Positions 11,829-25,501 of a DNA stretch of 64,000 nt are shown here, one piece after another (position 1 is the first letter of the stretch; every line of letters begins with the position of its first letter). Position numbers and translations under genes: made by a program. A model generated the notes under the pieces. The model did no database searches. It was not told the DNA's origin and saw only the letters and a list, made by a program, of their open reading frames with translations. Origin of the DNA: Octopus sinensis (taxonomy: Eukaryota); assembly GCF_006345805.1 (NCBI RefSeq), contig NC_043002.1, positions 104,532,001 to 104,596,000 of the forward strand, given 5' to 3'.

Positions 11829-11829
<1 letters not shown>

Positions 11830-11890
<61 letters not shown>

Positions 11891-12418
11891 TAAATAAATG
11901 AATAAATAAATTAATGCATTTCAACAAAATATAAAATACGAACTGAACACAAATGTTATTTGATAAATTGCACGGAACTTAAATCTCGGATAAGCTTCCA
12001 TATTTAAAGATTGATGAGCTAGCTATATCTAAACAGTTGTCTTTTTAGATGTCCAATTTACTGTTTTATTTTTGGGTTTTCCCCTTGCTTACTCTTTGTC
12101 TATTTTCAGGAATCTACCTTGTTATCTACTGATCCGAAGGCTGTTACATAAATCAATATCGATTGAACGGGTCAATGTATACACACACACAAACATATGT
12201 ACAGGTCTATGCAAACATTCATACACACACACACACACATTTATATATATAAAGATATACGTATATACACACACACATATATATATATATACGTATGTAT
12301 ATATGTATGTATCTATCTATATACATACGCATACATACATACACACACATGCACATACACGTATATATGTATATGTATATGTATATAAATATATATATAT
12401 ATATATCTATATATATAT

Positions 12419-12452
<34 letters not shown>

Positions 12453-13407
12453 GATATATATATATATGCAGAGAGATATTTAACATAGTAAGTTAATATA
12501 TGCAGACTTATTCCTTTCACTTTCTTTGCATTCTACCTCATTAACATTCATATGTCTCTGTGTGTGTTTCTGTGTATGTGTGTGCAGAAGCATTTATGTA
12601 TTCTAGTGTGTAATTGCAGGTGTACGTATATGAACATAACCTAGGGTGTACTTCAGTATGTTATTATCTCTTTCTCGCTCTCTATCGATACATCTAAAAA
12701 CGATCGCCATGTAACGTGATTAACATAACCCCCCGACGCGCTGTTTCATGTTATTAAGTTTAAATAAATATACGAACGCATATATTTTTCTGAATATTTG
12801 ATTACAAATGTATAAAAATTATATCTACATTTATGTATGTGTACACATGCCTTTACTCACACACACACACACACACACACATACATACATACATACATAC
12901 ACACATACATATATATATATGTATAAATATATATATGGATATATGTGTGTGTATATATATATGTATGTATATGTATATGTACATATGTACATATATATGA
13001 ATATATATATATAAGCATATATCTATATATATATATATATGTGTGTGTGTGTATGGTGTGTCTGTGTCTGTGTCTCTGTGTGTGTGTACTGTAACCCTAC
13101 GGCAATGCAAGAATGATGCAGGCTTTAAGTAATATCCAAAGTCCACAAATACACATAACCAAGCGAGCGGCGTTTTTTCGCCAAAAGATATGATTGCTTG
13201 TGAATTCCTCATATGCTTTTCCGAGAGTAAGCACAACAAAATATTCATTACCAATTTAAAATATACGCCTTTCTTAACTCTCTACATTTATCTAAATATC
13301 ATCAAATACTGATTCTACGCTTCCCAACAACTTACTTAGACACACCTACACGCACACAGACATTATATATGCACCTGTACACACATATACATATACGTAT
13401 TTTGGAC

Positions 13408-13466
<59 letters not shown>

Positions 13467-13470
13467 GTAT
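11830..13470. repeat. Cluster of (AAT)n, (TA)n, (CA)n and (TG)n microsatellites with short unique spacers
   Basis: Direct inspection. Confidence 0.9.
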
Positions 13471-14169
13471 TCATTATTATATATTTATTTAAGCTTGATA
13501 TGTTCTAAGTTTTAATTTGTGTTTCACGTTTACATCCTTTAAACAGTTGTTTAGATTAAATCAAGAATATGAACTAAAAGTATATAAACGCCCGTGTGAA
13601 AGAGAATCTACCGGAAACATTCCTGGGTAGAAAATATATTCGTAAACACTGATGAACATATATGCAAAGTTTCCAGCAAGATTGCTAGAAAACTGTTTGT
13701 ATTTGGCGCTGGCCTTTCAAAGGTAGCATTATTTCGTTACTTTCTTATTTATGCCCGGAAGACCAATTTTAAAAGGTTATTTGTTCTTTATATGATGTTA
13801 GCCTTCGTTATCGAAAGTCAGAGAATGAATATAAAATGTGGAATGGACGACGAAATAGGTTTTGGGAAATACATTTTATACAGGATGAAACTACAGTCCC
13901 GATTTTGAGCTCTAAGGCATGACCCCATGTGTCTATAAGTGTGTCATAATATGCACAGTCCGTTTGATTATATATGCTTAGAGGTGTTTGCATACAATTT
14001 GTGGCATTTTCGTAGAAGTAAAAATTTCCGAAAGTGTGCACGACTCCCCAGCGCTACCGTCTTTGAATTTAGATCGCCTCCTGATTCATGTGGATTCATT
14101 AGGATGATATATCTTTCTCCACATCTTACACAGCTTTGGTCCATTGCAATAGGGTCCACATGTTTCTAA

Positions 14170-14935
14170 TGTTTTCCTCTTGATGTTGAAGGGCGTATGA
14201 TCGTCCTTCAGGCACCATATTTATGCTGCGAATGTCTCTCTGACACCCAGACAGAAGATCTGTGGCTGTTCAGGTGAATTTTAAATTTGGATTCACAAGA
14301 TCCGACGTAAATTTTAGGGTGTGTTCCTGTGTTGGTATTGATGTTGCTGTTATTTGTGCTGCTTCCGTTTGAGGCTACCTTTGCTTGGTACACTGTAGCC
14401 TCGGTGTAACATCGGCCGTCCACTGGGCAATCATTTCTAATCTTGCATCAACAACCTACCTCTGTCCGTGGTTTGTGAGTGCTAGGTAATATTTTCTTAA
14501 CATTGGGTGCACAAATTGACGAGATCCTTAAATAATGTCTGTTAAATATCTTTCTATATTTGTGTGATCGAGTGAAATGCTTATCCACCAACCTAAGAAA
14601 AATCTTACCTGCGCATGTCCGGACGATTAAGGAGTGCGAGGAACGAAACATAAGGTGTTGCGGTGACGTTTACTATTATGGTTGCTCGATCCTGGCATAT
14701 ATACTATATGGTTTGGAACCCACGGGCTGCTAACGCATCATTGTGAACGGGGACTGCTGCATCGAAAATACTTTTATTTGAGGATAAGTTCGAAATTGCT
14801 TTACTTATATATTTTATTAGGTTTTTGAATACCATGGTTTGGTTGCAAGAGGCTGTGTTAATGTATGATAGTCTATGATTGGACTTGCAGTAAGGTCTGT
14901 AGATACCACTGTCGAAATCAAGCGCGACATCTATA
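14170..14935 (-). mobile_element. Penelope-like element 3' fragment (RT thumb, linker, GIY-YIG endonuclease), degenerate
   Basis: DVALDFDSGIYRPYCKSN...ISNLSSNKSIFDAAVPVHNDAL; GKIFLRLVDKHF...KIFNRHYLRIS; MDGRCYTEATVYQAKV...IYVGSCESKFK..LNSHRSS; 5'-truncated at (TA)n. Confidence 0.88.
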
Positions 14936-14946
14936 TAAATATACAC

Positions 14947-14982
<36 letters not shown>

Positions 14983-15012
14983 ATATATATATAATATATA
15001 ATATATATATAT

Positions 15013-15045
<33 letters not shown>

Positions 15046-15163
15046 GTAGGTCCCGGGTTGATTCGGGGTTAACCACAGTAAATAAGGTACTCAATAATCT
15101 TCCTGAAGATTTCTCTTGAATGAAACAGTTCTAGTCCTGTAGAAGCTCCTTCTATATAATAAA

Positions 15164-15204
<41 letters not shown>

Positions 15205-15325
15205 CCCGGGTTGATTCGGGGTTAACCACAGTAAATAAGGTACTCAATAATCTTCCTGAAGATTTCTCTTGAATGAAACAGTTCTAGTCCTGTAGAAGCT
15301 CCTTCTATATAATAAAATAAATATA
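15046..15325 (+). repeat. Tandem dimer (period 153 bp), each unit with a type I hammerhead fold
   Basis: Near-identical units at 15046 and 15199 separated by (TA)n; CUUC-CUGAAGA-UUUC ucuu GAAU-GAAA-CAG uucuaguc CUG-UA-GAAG at 15099-15145 and 15252-15298. Confidence 0.8.
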
Positions 15326-15354
15326 TATATATATATAATATATATATTATGTGT

Positions 15355-15467
<113 letters not shown>

Positions 15468-15800
15468 GTAAAATATCACAAATCAACGAAAATGCATATT
15501 GCAAACAGAAAATGGCTATTTATGACAGGTAGCGAAGAATATATACATTTACATTGACTGAGGTTGTAATACGAGTCATAAAGGTCATTATTATGAGATG
15601 ATTATAAGATGATAATAAAGTAAGAGAACAAAACGAACCGAAGATTTACGTGAAGCTATTCATCGTTTGAACAACACCGGTCAATATACGGTGTCAGGTC
15701 TAATATATATATATATTATATATATACATGAATACATACACATTTATATATATATCTATATATATATATATTATATATATATTATATATATATATATATA

Positions 15801-17345
15801 ACGGGAAGCTTTATGAAAATAGACAAAAGACGAAGGCAGGTGGAAAACAAGCAAACAATTGTATTAGTATGGCGCTCAGGAAATATAAATAAAACAAGTC
15901 TTTAACGTTTCGAGCCTACGCTCTTCAACAGAAAGATACACAGAGAGAAAAAAATCACAGAAAGAAGGAGAGAAAAAAAATGCGTGCAGTAACTAACGAA
16001 TCAACATGGCGATCTGATTTCGGCCAGAGGTCAAAGATCAAACATGAGACGCGAGAGCGAAATAAGGGGAGATAATAGGGTTGATAATAGGGTTGAATGA
16101 CCCTAGGAAAGGTCTGGACAGGCGTATGTATGGGGTTGGTGTATGTATTAGTATGTATTAGTATGTATTAGTACGTATTAGTATGTATAAGTGTGTGTGT
16201 GTGTATGAGAGAGTATAAGTGCGTATGAGGGGTCTGGACGTGTGTATGTATAGGGTTGGTGTATGTATTAGTATGTATTAGTATGTATTAGTACGTATTA
16301 GTATGTATTAGTTGTTGTATGTATTTGTATGGCACATCATATATGATGTGATGTGTAAAGTCGTGTGGTGTAGTGAGGAGAAGAGGGGGAGGGAGAGAAG
16401 GGGAGGGGAAGAAGAGGGGGAGGAGAGGGGGGAAGATGAGAGGGGAGAGAGAGAGGAGGGGGAGAAGGAATGGGAGGAGGAGGGGAGGAAGGAGGAAAGA
16501 GGGGAGGGGGAGAGAGAAGGGGAGTGAGGGAGCAGAGGGAAGAGGGAAGGAGGGAGGGAGAAAGAGGGAAGAAGGGGAGTAGGGGAGTAGGGGTGAAAGG
16601 ATGAAGGACTGAAGAAGTAGGGGGGAGGGGGGGAGGATAGGTGAGGAGGGGGAGGGGGTTAGATGAGGAGGGGGAGAGTTGAGACCAAATGGCGTATAAG
16701 AGCGAAGAGAGAAGATTAATCCCTGTTCACGGCGCAAACGGGAATCCGGATGGCCTCTGTGTAAGGACAAACCGAACACAGATAGGTGTTGCAAGGAGTG
16801 ACCGGTGGGGCAGAAATGGCGTGAGACCGATGTGTCGTTCGCAAGGTGGATGTCACGAAGGTGTTCCGCGAACCGGTCAGCCAAGCGGCGTCCCGTTTGT
16901 CCGATGTACAAGGAATTGCAGAGAGAGCAAGAGACGCAATAGATAATATTGCTGGAGGTGCAGGTGAAGGAGTGGATGATGGGATAGGGTCGATGGTGGG
17001 TGCTAGTGAGGCGGGTGGTGTTGGAGAGGTAAGGGCAAGTGCGGCAACGTGGGCGGGAGCAGGGGAACGAGCCGGGTTGGGATGCAGGGTCAGGGAAGGA
17101 GCTATATATATATATGTATTTATATAATATATATATATAAATGTGTATGTATGTATATATATATAGAGAGAGAGGGAGTTCACAAAAAAAAAGAAGACAT
17201 AGACAGGTGGTGCAGACAACAAACAGATGTATTAGTATAGCGCTCGGGATGTGAAAAAGTCTTTAACGTTCGAGCCTACGCTCTTCCATAGAAAGGAACA
17301 CAGAGAGAAACAAGGAGAGAAAATACAGAATGTGCAGTGGCTAGA
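15801..17345 (-). mobile_element. Penelope-like element: GIY-YIG 3' fragment between two direct terminal-repeat copies
   Basis: 16690-17103 reads PCSRPRCRTCPY...FTCTSSNIIYCVSCSLCNSLYIGQTGRRLADRFAEHLR...EQGLIFSLRSYTPFGLN; terminal repeat ACG(T)TTCGAGCCTACGCTCTTC near 15906 and 17266. Confidence 0.88.
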
Positions 17346-17853
17346 GGTTTATACATATATATATGTATATGTGTGTGTGTGTGTGTATGTGTGTGTGTGT
17401 ATAAATTAGTCGATTGCCACGTGAAAATTTTATTACTAGTCTAACCCCAGGAATATTGTCCGCCTCCTGATTATCAGTGACGTGCTTCACCCTCTATATA
17501 CAAGATATATCGCAAGGACTGGAGTGAACCCATAACATCCTATAGTAGACGCAGGATCGCGAGACTTACTCAGTTTGAAGCTGCTTGTCTCACCTCGACT
17601 ATCGCTCTGACGGCCAGCTTCTCGTAAATGAGAAACTGTCTCGCGATCTTCTGTCTGCTAGATTATGGTAGGTGTTCGCTACCGCTGCTAGCAAAATATA
17701 CTGTATGTAGAGAGTGCAGCGTCACGCCGACAATCAGCTGACGGATAATCTGCCTGGGGCTATACCAGTAGTAACATGGAACAGCGATTCTGACGTGGCG
17801 AATGACTGTACTTGTTAGTATAGTTGCTACTCTGATCACCTCTTGAGGGTTTA

Positions 17854-18214
17854 TATGTATGTATGCATGCATGTATGTATGTATGTATGTATGTATGTAT
17901 GCATCTATGTATGTATAAATGTATGTATGTATGTATGTATATATGTATGTATGTATGTATGTATATATGTATGTATGCATGTATGTATGTATGTATGCAT
18001 GTATGTATGTATATATGTATGTATGTATGTATGTATATATGTATGTATGTATGTATGTATGCATGCATGTATGTATGTTTATATGTATATATGTATGTAT
18101 GTATGTATGTACGTATGTATGTATGCATGTATGTATGTATGTATGTATGCATGCATGCATGCATGTATGTATGTATGTATGTATGTATGTATGTATGTAT
18201 GTATGTATGTATGT
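17854..18214. repeat. (TATG)n microsatellite, ~360 bp
   Basis: Direct run; explains the YVCM and HTYI ORFs. Confidence 0.97.
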
Positions 18215-18600
18215 AGAGTTAATCCAAACAAGAAAACACAAAAAGACACAACAACGCGAGGACGTGGAACAAATATAGTATTATTGGACGCTCAGAAAAG
18301 AAGGGAAGAAGGAGGGTTTAACGTTTCGAGCGAAGCTCTTCGTCGGCAACATAGGAGAAGGAAAGATCCAGAAAAGGGAAGACAGAGGAAAAAAAATAAT
18401 CGCCAACGGTACACACGAAGTCACGTATGTATGTAGTTGGAAATTACAAAAAAATCAAAAGACGAAGACAGGTGTGTAAACAGCAATAAGTTGTATTAGT
18501 TTAATGCTCGGGAAGGTGAGAAAGTCTTTTATGTTTCGAGCCTACGCTCTTCAATAGAACGGAACACGAGAAAATAAACAGAGAGAATTTTTAAAATGCT
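18215..18600 (-). mobile_element. Two solo PLE-like terminal-repeat fragments
   Basis: ACGTTTCGAGCGAAGCTCTTC near 18321 and TGTTTCGAGCCTACGCTCTTC near 18532, related to the termini at 15801. Confidence 0.65.
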
Positions 18601-18622
18601 TTAGCAGCTCGCTGGTCGATCA

Positions 18623-18655
<33 letters not shown>

Positions 18656-18879
18656 ATGTAAGCATGTATTGTATACTGTATAAATAGGTGTGAGAAAGTA
18701 AGAGTGAATGAGATACACTTTAAAAATATTTCAGCATTTTTCTCTCATAATTTTCGAACACAAGACGCTCCAATATATCTGTCCCCAATCGTAATGTATC
18801 GAAACACTGAATGTGAAGGTGATGAGCCTCTATCGCTCCGGCAAGTCAGCCATCTACACCGCTCACACTCACTCTTCCA

Positions 18880-18921
<42 letters not shown>

Positions 18922-20704
18922 ACACTCACCCAAGAACCAAAATGTATAATACAAACCGTATATTTCTAAGCACGCGCACGCAGACACACACCAATATGTA
19001 GTTACGCACATATGTGTGTTTGAGAGAGAGACAGGGTGAGGGCTGGGATAGAGAGACTGGGGGTGTTTGGGATGTGCAAGTGAGCGTATGGCTGTCAGCA
19101 AAGGAATGTTCGTACAAAATGCTTTTCCCATTGTAAAAATAAATGAAAAGAAAATAAAAAGTATGAAAATGTCCAAAGCCAATTCCTAGTTTCAAACGAA
19201 ATTGTGGTTTAAAGAATATATTTACAGATATTATAATTTGGAATCGTTTGATAAAAATGATTGATATCATGGAAGAGTTATTACATTCACTGAAGCTTGA
19301 TATCTCCCAGAGAACGTGCTACAAGTTGCTGCGAACTGTGTGTATCCCTACATATTGAACGATAGATGAGCTCATAAATATGCATGTACATATAGACCCT
19401 CTTCAACGCATGCACACTTACATGCAATTTATCATAAGCGTTTGTGTGTGTTTGCGTGGGTATTGTGTTTGGAATATATATGTACACATATATGGATATA
19501 TGCATTGTTCGTATTCATACCTTAAAAACAAACACACACATAGATACGCACATATATGAATACATCTATACGTGCATATTTAGGTTTATAAACAGGTAAA
19601 AACGTACTCAATAAGCTAATCAGTGAGCGTCCCACTCTCTGTTATATACATACATGCATACGTGCATGTATGTATGTCTGAGAGAGAGAGAGAGACAGAG
19701 AGAAAGAGAGAAGTAGGTAAATGACTGTGCACTCATATGCTCGCGCACACACACACACAGTCGTTTGCGTATGTATGTGTATAGGCGTATATGCTTCTGC
19801 GTGTATGTTTTATGTTTATGTGAAGAAGTGTATATTTCCTCTGCCAAATTCCCACCCTACACCGACCACGTGATTTTAATATTCAATTAGATAATGGTTC
19901 TTAATTTTCAGACCACCAGCAGATTTAGTCTTTCTTCTAAGATCTATAATTGAATTTTTATTTAAGAAACCATCCTCACATACATTTGGGTTTCTCTCTG
20001 ATTTCGGCGAATTATTTGTCTCGATATATCTATCCCTTTGATCAGAGACCGAAACCAATTCTTATCTCTTCTCTTGTGTTCTTTAATTTTCCTCTCGTAA
20101 TCAGAGGAGATTTTCCTTTTATTTTTCTTTATTTTAGGTTTCTAAATATTTTTATCTGAATATAATCAAATCATATATGTGAGTGATGTAAGATATAGAC
20201 TAAATTCTATTTGTCTCCTTTGTGAACGAAATGTTAAGTTTCAATTGAGGAACGGCGGTTATAGAATATGTTTATGAAATATGAAGATTTATATCGAATA
20301 TGATTGCAGCGAATAAGATTTGTATTGAATATGAAAAATAGAATGGTCCAAAGGCACAGGGAAATTGTCTCGTGGATTCGCTTACTGGAATAATGTCTGC
20401 TGGTAAATAATGTATTCAAAATCCCTTGGTTTCAATTTATTCTGTATCTGTGAAGAACACGATTATTTTCCAATTTCTCAATCACTCTATCGTCAAGAAA
20501 TAAAATGGCGTACTTTGTGTTGCTGAAGTATGTATTCTTTTCTCCCTGTGGTTTACTTAATCGACGGAAATAAATAACGGACCCTTCTAATGTCAATATG
20601 GAGTCTTCTAAACCATCTCCTGACCTGCTGCATTTAGCCACCAATTCACCCCTTGTCGGGGTTTATTATTAATGCAAGATCAAAGGTCACAAACTAGCAG
20701 AATC

Positions 20705-21110
20705 ATTACAGCGTAGGAAAATTAAAGGAAGCACTCCGTCGGTTACGACGACGAGGGTTCCGGTTGATCCGATCAACGGAACATCCTGCTCGTGAAATTA
20801 ACGTGTAAGTGGCTGAGCACTCCACAGACACGTGCACCCTTAACGCACTTCTCGGGGATATTCAGCATGACACAGAGAGTGAGAAGGCCGGCCCTTTGAA
20901 ATACAGGTACAACAGAGACAGAAAGTAAGAGTGAGAGAAAGTTGTGGTGAAAGAGTACAGCAGGGATCACCACCATTCCTGCCGGAGCCTTGTGGGGCTT
21001 TTTAGGTGTTTTCGCTCAATAAACACTCACAACGCCCGGTCTGGGAATCGAAACCGCGATCCTACGACCGCGAATCCGCTGCCCTAACCACTGGGCCATT
21101 GCGCCTCCAC
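20705..21110 (-). mobile_element. tRNA(Arg)-like-headed SINE
   Basis: Minus head GGCGCAATGGCCCAGTGGTTAGGGCAGCGGATTCGCGG...GTTTCGATTCCC; related copy at 35519. Confidence 0.8.
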
Positions 21111-22220
21111 AGCGTAGGAAAATATGTTGAGCATAATACTTCTTTTCTGTACGTTCAGAGTTCAAGTCGCTGCGAATTTCGACTTTGTCTTTTATTCATT
21201 AAAGACTGAAAAAAAATATACATATAAACACTGGGGTATCAACGTAATCGACTTCATTCGCCCCCAAAATTCCCAGCTTTGTGTCTATAAATAGAAAAAA
21301 AAAGGTTACTGCCCGATCATGCTGCAGCAAACGAAGCCGGACAATTGACCGGCTCGAAATCGTAGACAAATTATCCTTTAATGACTGATTACAACACTTA
21401 ACAAGCTAAAGAGATTTTATGCGACACAGCCATAAAACAACTGAAGTAGTGTGTAGATCGGGAATGAACCTTTTCATATGAATATTACCGATCATTGTCG
21501 ACCTGAGACAAAAGAAAATACATATTGGCCATAATACTTGATTCTGTCATTTCAATACTTAGAAAGAAATCACCAGACCCTTTGCAATTTCTGATATATA
21601 TTTTCAGGTGTGACTATTTCTTCAAATACATTTTCAGGTGCGACTATTCAGAGTAGGTCACTGCTCATTATGGCTTATGGTACTTCTGACAGTTGTTGGA
21701 GAGAGGGAAAAGAGTACCAACAAACGAGGAATTTGTAGTGTCGTGTGTACTCTACAAAATCATCTAAACCTCAAGTTATAGAAAAAATTCTTTAAGTTGG
21801 CATCCCTAGTTTTCTGCGATTGAATTTCAACTCAGAATGCAGAGACGGAACAAATTTAACAAGACATGCAGTTCGATGCTCTTCCGAGATGGAAGAAAAA
21901 TATTGACTGTAACAGGATTGTCTCTTATCCACCAAAGACGATCTATTTCAAGCGATGTATTGTGTAGATATCAAGATAGACAGAATTAAGTGGTCTTTAT
22001 ATGTAGATTTATTGTCTACAGATATTTCATGAGAAAATGCATCAGAAAATAATTGTTATCACAGAAACCTACCATTTCAAACGTATGATGATATAATGGC
22101 GCAAACTTACATTGCGTAATAATTTCAATTTTTACTTTATCCATGTCTTTTACAAACTACTTACGGTTTAATGCTCTGCTTGGCAGCTACGCTTGTTGGA
22201 CATTGTCAAAACGATATATA

Positions 22221-23434
22221 CGAGAGTCGACTGAACATCTCATCGGCTGAATAAGATAATCTCATAGAATGTGTCCAAATGAAGTTTGCTTTTCATCATA
22301 GATCCCTGGCGGTCAACATCCTTTTTTTCATCGGTGTTGCAGTGCTTGGGTCACTCTGGAGAAGATGCTTTCATGCTTTCGGTAAAAAAATGTGATCGGC
22401 AGCAGATACAATGTTATCATCACTGTAATCCTTGTTCCCAGTCAAGTGTTTTATAATGTTGGAGAACATTTGATACTCAGCTGGTTCCAAATCAGGAGAA
22501 TATGGATGGTGAGCGATTAGATCAAAGGCACAGTCACGCACAGACACACATTGAAAGAAAGGCCTTGTGTACTGTAGGAGCAAATTCCTGATTAAGCAAT
22601 TTCAATTCGGCAGTTTCCTTGGGTGTTTGGCTTCATAGACTTTCGTAACTGCCTCAGCAAGTTGCCAAAGACCTATCAATTCCATTTGCGTCCGAGAAAC
22701 AAAAACTGAGGCTATCAACTCCCGTGCAAATGAAACGATCTTAGCCTGCTTTGAAGCTGGTGAGGCGGGGAGGGGGTTTACCACCTAATGGATTGTCGCT
22801 TTGTCTCTGGTTCAAAGTAATGAAGCCAACGCTCAGCTTAGCTTAGGATCCGTTCAAGGAAAACTGTTGAATCTGCCTCAAACTGGCACGTTTTTGGTTG
22901 GTGACATAATATGCGGCACCCACTGTGCAGGAGCTTTCAACATGCCTGGTTCGTTAGAATATTGACTGCTCTTTCGTGGGAGATACTAATAATCTTGGCT
23001 ATTTGGGTTATAACGAATTACTTGCGATCCATCACCATGTGGTGAACACCATCAATATTTACATCGATGGCGCAAGCTGCAGGACGTCCAGATCTTGAGT
23101 CATTTTCAAGACTCTCCCTTTGCCTCCTAAATTCATCTGCCCACATTCCCACAAGACCACTTTTGATAAAACTGGAACGACATCCTCTAACGTACCAACT
23201 ATGTCAACATGAATATCCTGGAGGCTAATCCATTTTTCTCCATATACCTGATAACAATACAAGGCCAAATTTTGTCGATTTTAAAGACAAGCAGATAATA
23301 GTTACTTCTGAAGTCCTCTTTCAACATACATTCAGTTTATCTGAAAAAAAAAACAATGCAGATATGATTAAGAAGCAAAACCCTGGCGTCATTCATTCAT
23401 AGTCAACCTATGAACATTTCCGCTCACCCTCTTG
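22221..23434 (-). mobile_element. Near full-length degenerate mariner transposon (~1.2 kb)
   Basis: DIHVDIVGTLED, QWVPH, HYFEPETKRQSIRW, IASVF and HHPYSPDLEPAEY motifs; imperfect TIRs at 22221-22242 and 23411-23434 next to TA. Confidence 0.87.
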
Positions 23435-23489
23435 TAACAAGAAACACTGAATATTTAGGCAGGCAGAGCAATATATACAGTTCTATAAT

Positions 23490-24035
23490 TAAGAGATGAC
23501 GAATTATGTACATTATTTACATTATTTACATTTGACGATATTTGTCATCTTATTTGTTGCAAACACAAAGTTTCGGTTCATATACGCTCTAGCCTTAATC
23601 AGGTGTCTTGGGTATATTTCGAACCTAGTTTATTTTACAGCTTTCGAAGATTTCATTTTCGATGTTACTGTTGTTGTTGTTGTTGATGATGATGCTGTTG
23701 CTCTCGTTGCCTTTGCACAGCTTCTAACGCTGGAGGTATACTACAGTGTCAGCTGTTCACTACCAGAGAACTAAGGTAACACCTCTTATTTTTCGAGCAC
23801 CTTCGGGGGTATTCGAGCGTTTCCAAGCAGTGCTGTTTTCTGCAAGTGATCCACCTTTACTGCAGCCCATTTTTGTTCCACTTACTTCTCGAGATTTTTG
23901 CTCACTGCACCCAGGGCTTCGACAATTATTGGTACTACTGCTACCTTTTTCATCGCCAACAACTGCTTAGCTTCCTAAGCTAACCAAACAAGATGAGGAC
24001 AAATATCCGTCAAATGTAAATAATCTAAATAAAGC
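23490..24035. mobile_element. Diverged PLE-like tail (minus) with a short inverted tail copy
   Basis: 23495-23625 matches the 10625-10780 tail; 23980-24030 is its reverse complement. Confidence 0.65.
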
Positions 24036-24879
24036 ATAGTTATTTCCAAGTCTTAACAACAAAATACACAAACAAATGTAGCTTCGCTTGTTTGAAATAA
24101 TAGCGAAATAACTCTCAATTCATTCCCTTTTATATGCAAGGCAATTAATTGGCTGTTAATTGGAAAATACTGAATCTGATAAGAAACAATGAACAATATT
24201 GCTTCAATGTACCAAACGAAGTGGCAGTCCAATTTTTGAAAATTTTTGTTATTGAACTATTTTTTTCTGAACTGCGCGAGGTTAGAGAACAACAACAACG
24301 ACAATTACCTTTAGCTCCCGTTTCATGTAAATTTGACAAAGAACTCTTATTGAATATATTAGTATCCACGGAAACTGGTTGTTCAACGTAACCATGAATA
24401 AATCCTGTTTAATGATGTTAATAAAATGAAATTATAGCACGTGTTTGAGAACTGAGAATGTTTTAATATCACTGGCCTGGAAACTATTTGGACAGGGATT
24501 AAAGGGTATTGGAAAGCTGTAAAATAAACTAGGAACTCTAAATAATATGAGTGAGAGACGAAATAAAATGTATAGTCTAAAATCACTAGGTATGGAAGAG
24601 CAATATAAGTGAGAAAGTATTATGGATAAGGTTTATAAGTGTCTAATATTGCAAAGAAAATATGTCAAAACACGCAGAGAAGGCAGTAACAAAATATTAT
24701 ACGATCAATTGACTTGTTTGAAATGGCAGGCAAACACGTTTTAAATCACAATTACTGTTTCAAAATACATATCATCCATTCGTTATTTTAGCCACTCATT
24801 TTTTGCTTATTACTGACGAGTGGCAGATCGTTAACCGCAGAAACAGAAGAATAGATTTGATATGGCATTATATATATAT

Positions 24880-24930
<51 letters not shown>

Positions 24931-25200
24931 TATAATTATTATTATTTGAGGGAATATTATTCCTAACTTACAGGGAAAAATTCACTTTAGAAATGCTAAA
25001 TCAAATTTCACAAAATATATATATATATAAAAAGTAGAAAAAAAACACATTTTATCAATTCAAAATGATCAATTAAATTACACCATCTGGAAACTTACAC
25101 ATAATAGAAATATTAAAATCAAAATAACGATAATATACCGATGATTAAGTAAATTGTAAAATAATAATAGAAACGTATATATTTGGTAGAATATCAAATT

Positions 25201-25354
25201 AGCTTGTCACCCTAATTGCCTTTTCATATATATATATATATTATATATATATATTATATATATATATATATATAATATATATAATATATTAAATTATTAC
25301 TCCCTAATATTATTATTATTATTATTATATTATTATTATTATTATTATTATTAC

Positions 25355-25389
<35 letters not shown>

Positions 25390-25444
25390 GAAGTTAATCC
25401 AAACATGAAAACACAAAGAGAAAACACAACAACGCGAGTACGTG

Positions 25445-25480
<36 letters not shown>

Positions 25481-25501
25481 ATGCAATTAGGGTGACAAGC
25501 T
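25201..25501. repeat. 26-bp inverted repeat around a (TA)n/(TTA)n core
   Basis: AGCTTGTCACCCTAATTGCCTTTTCA at 25201-25226 and TGAAAATGCAATTAGGGTGACAAGCT at 25476-25501, 1 mismatch. Confidence 0.9.
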
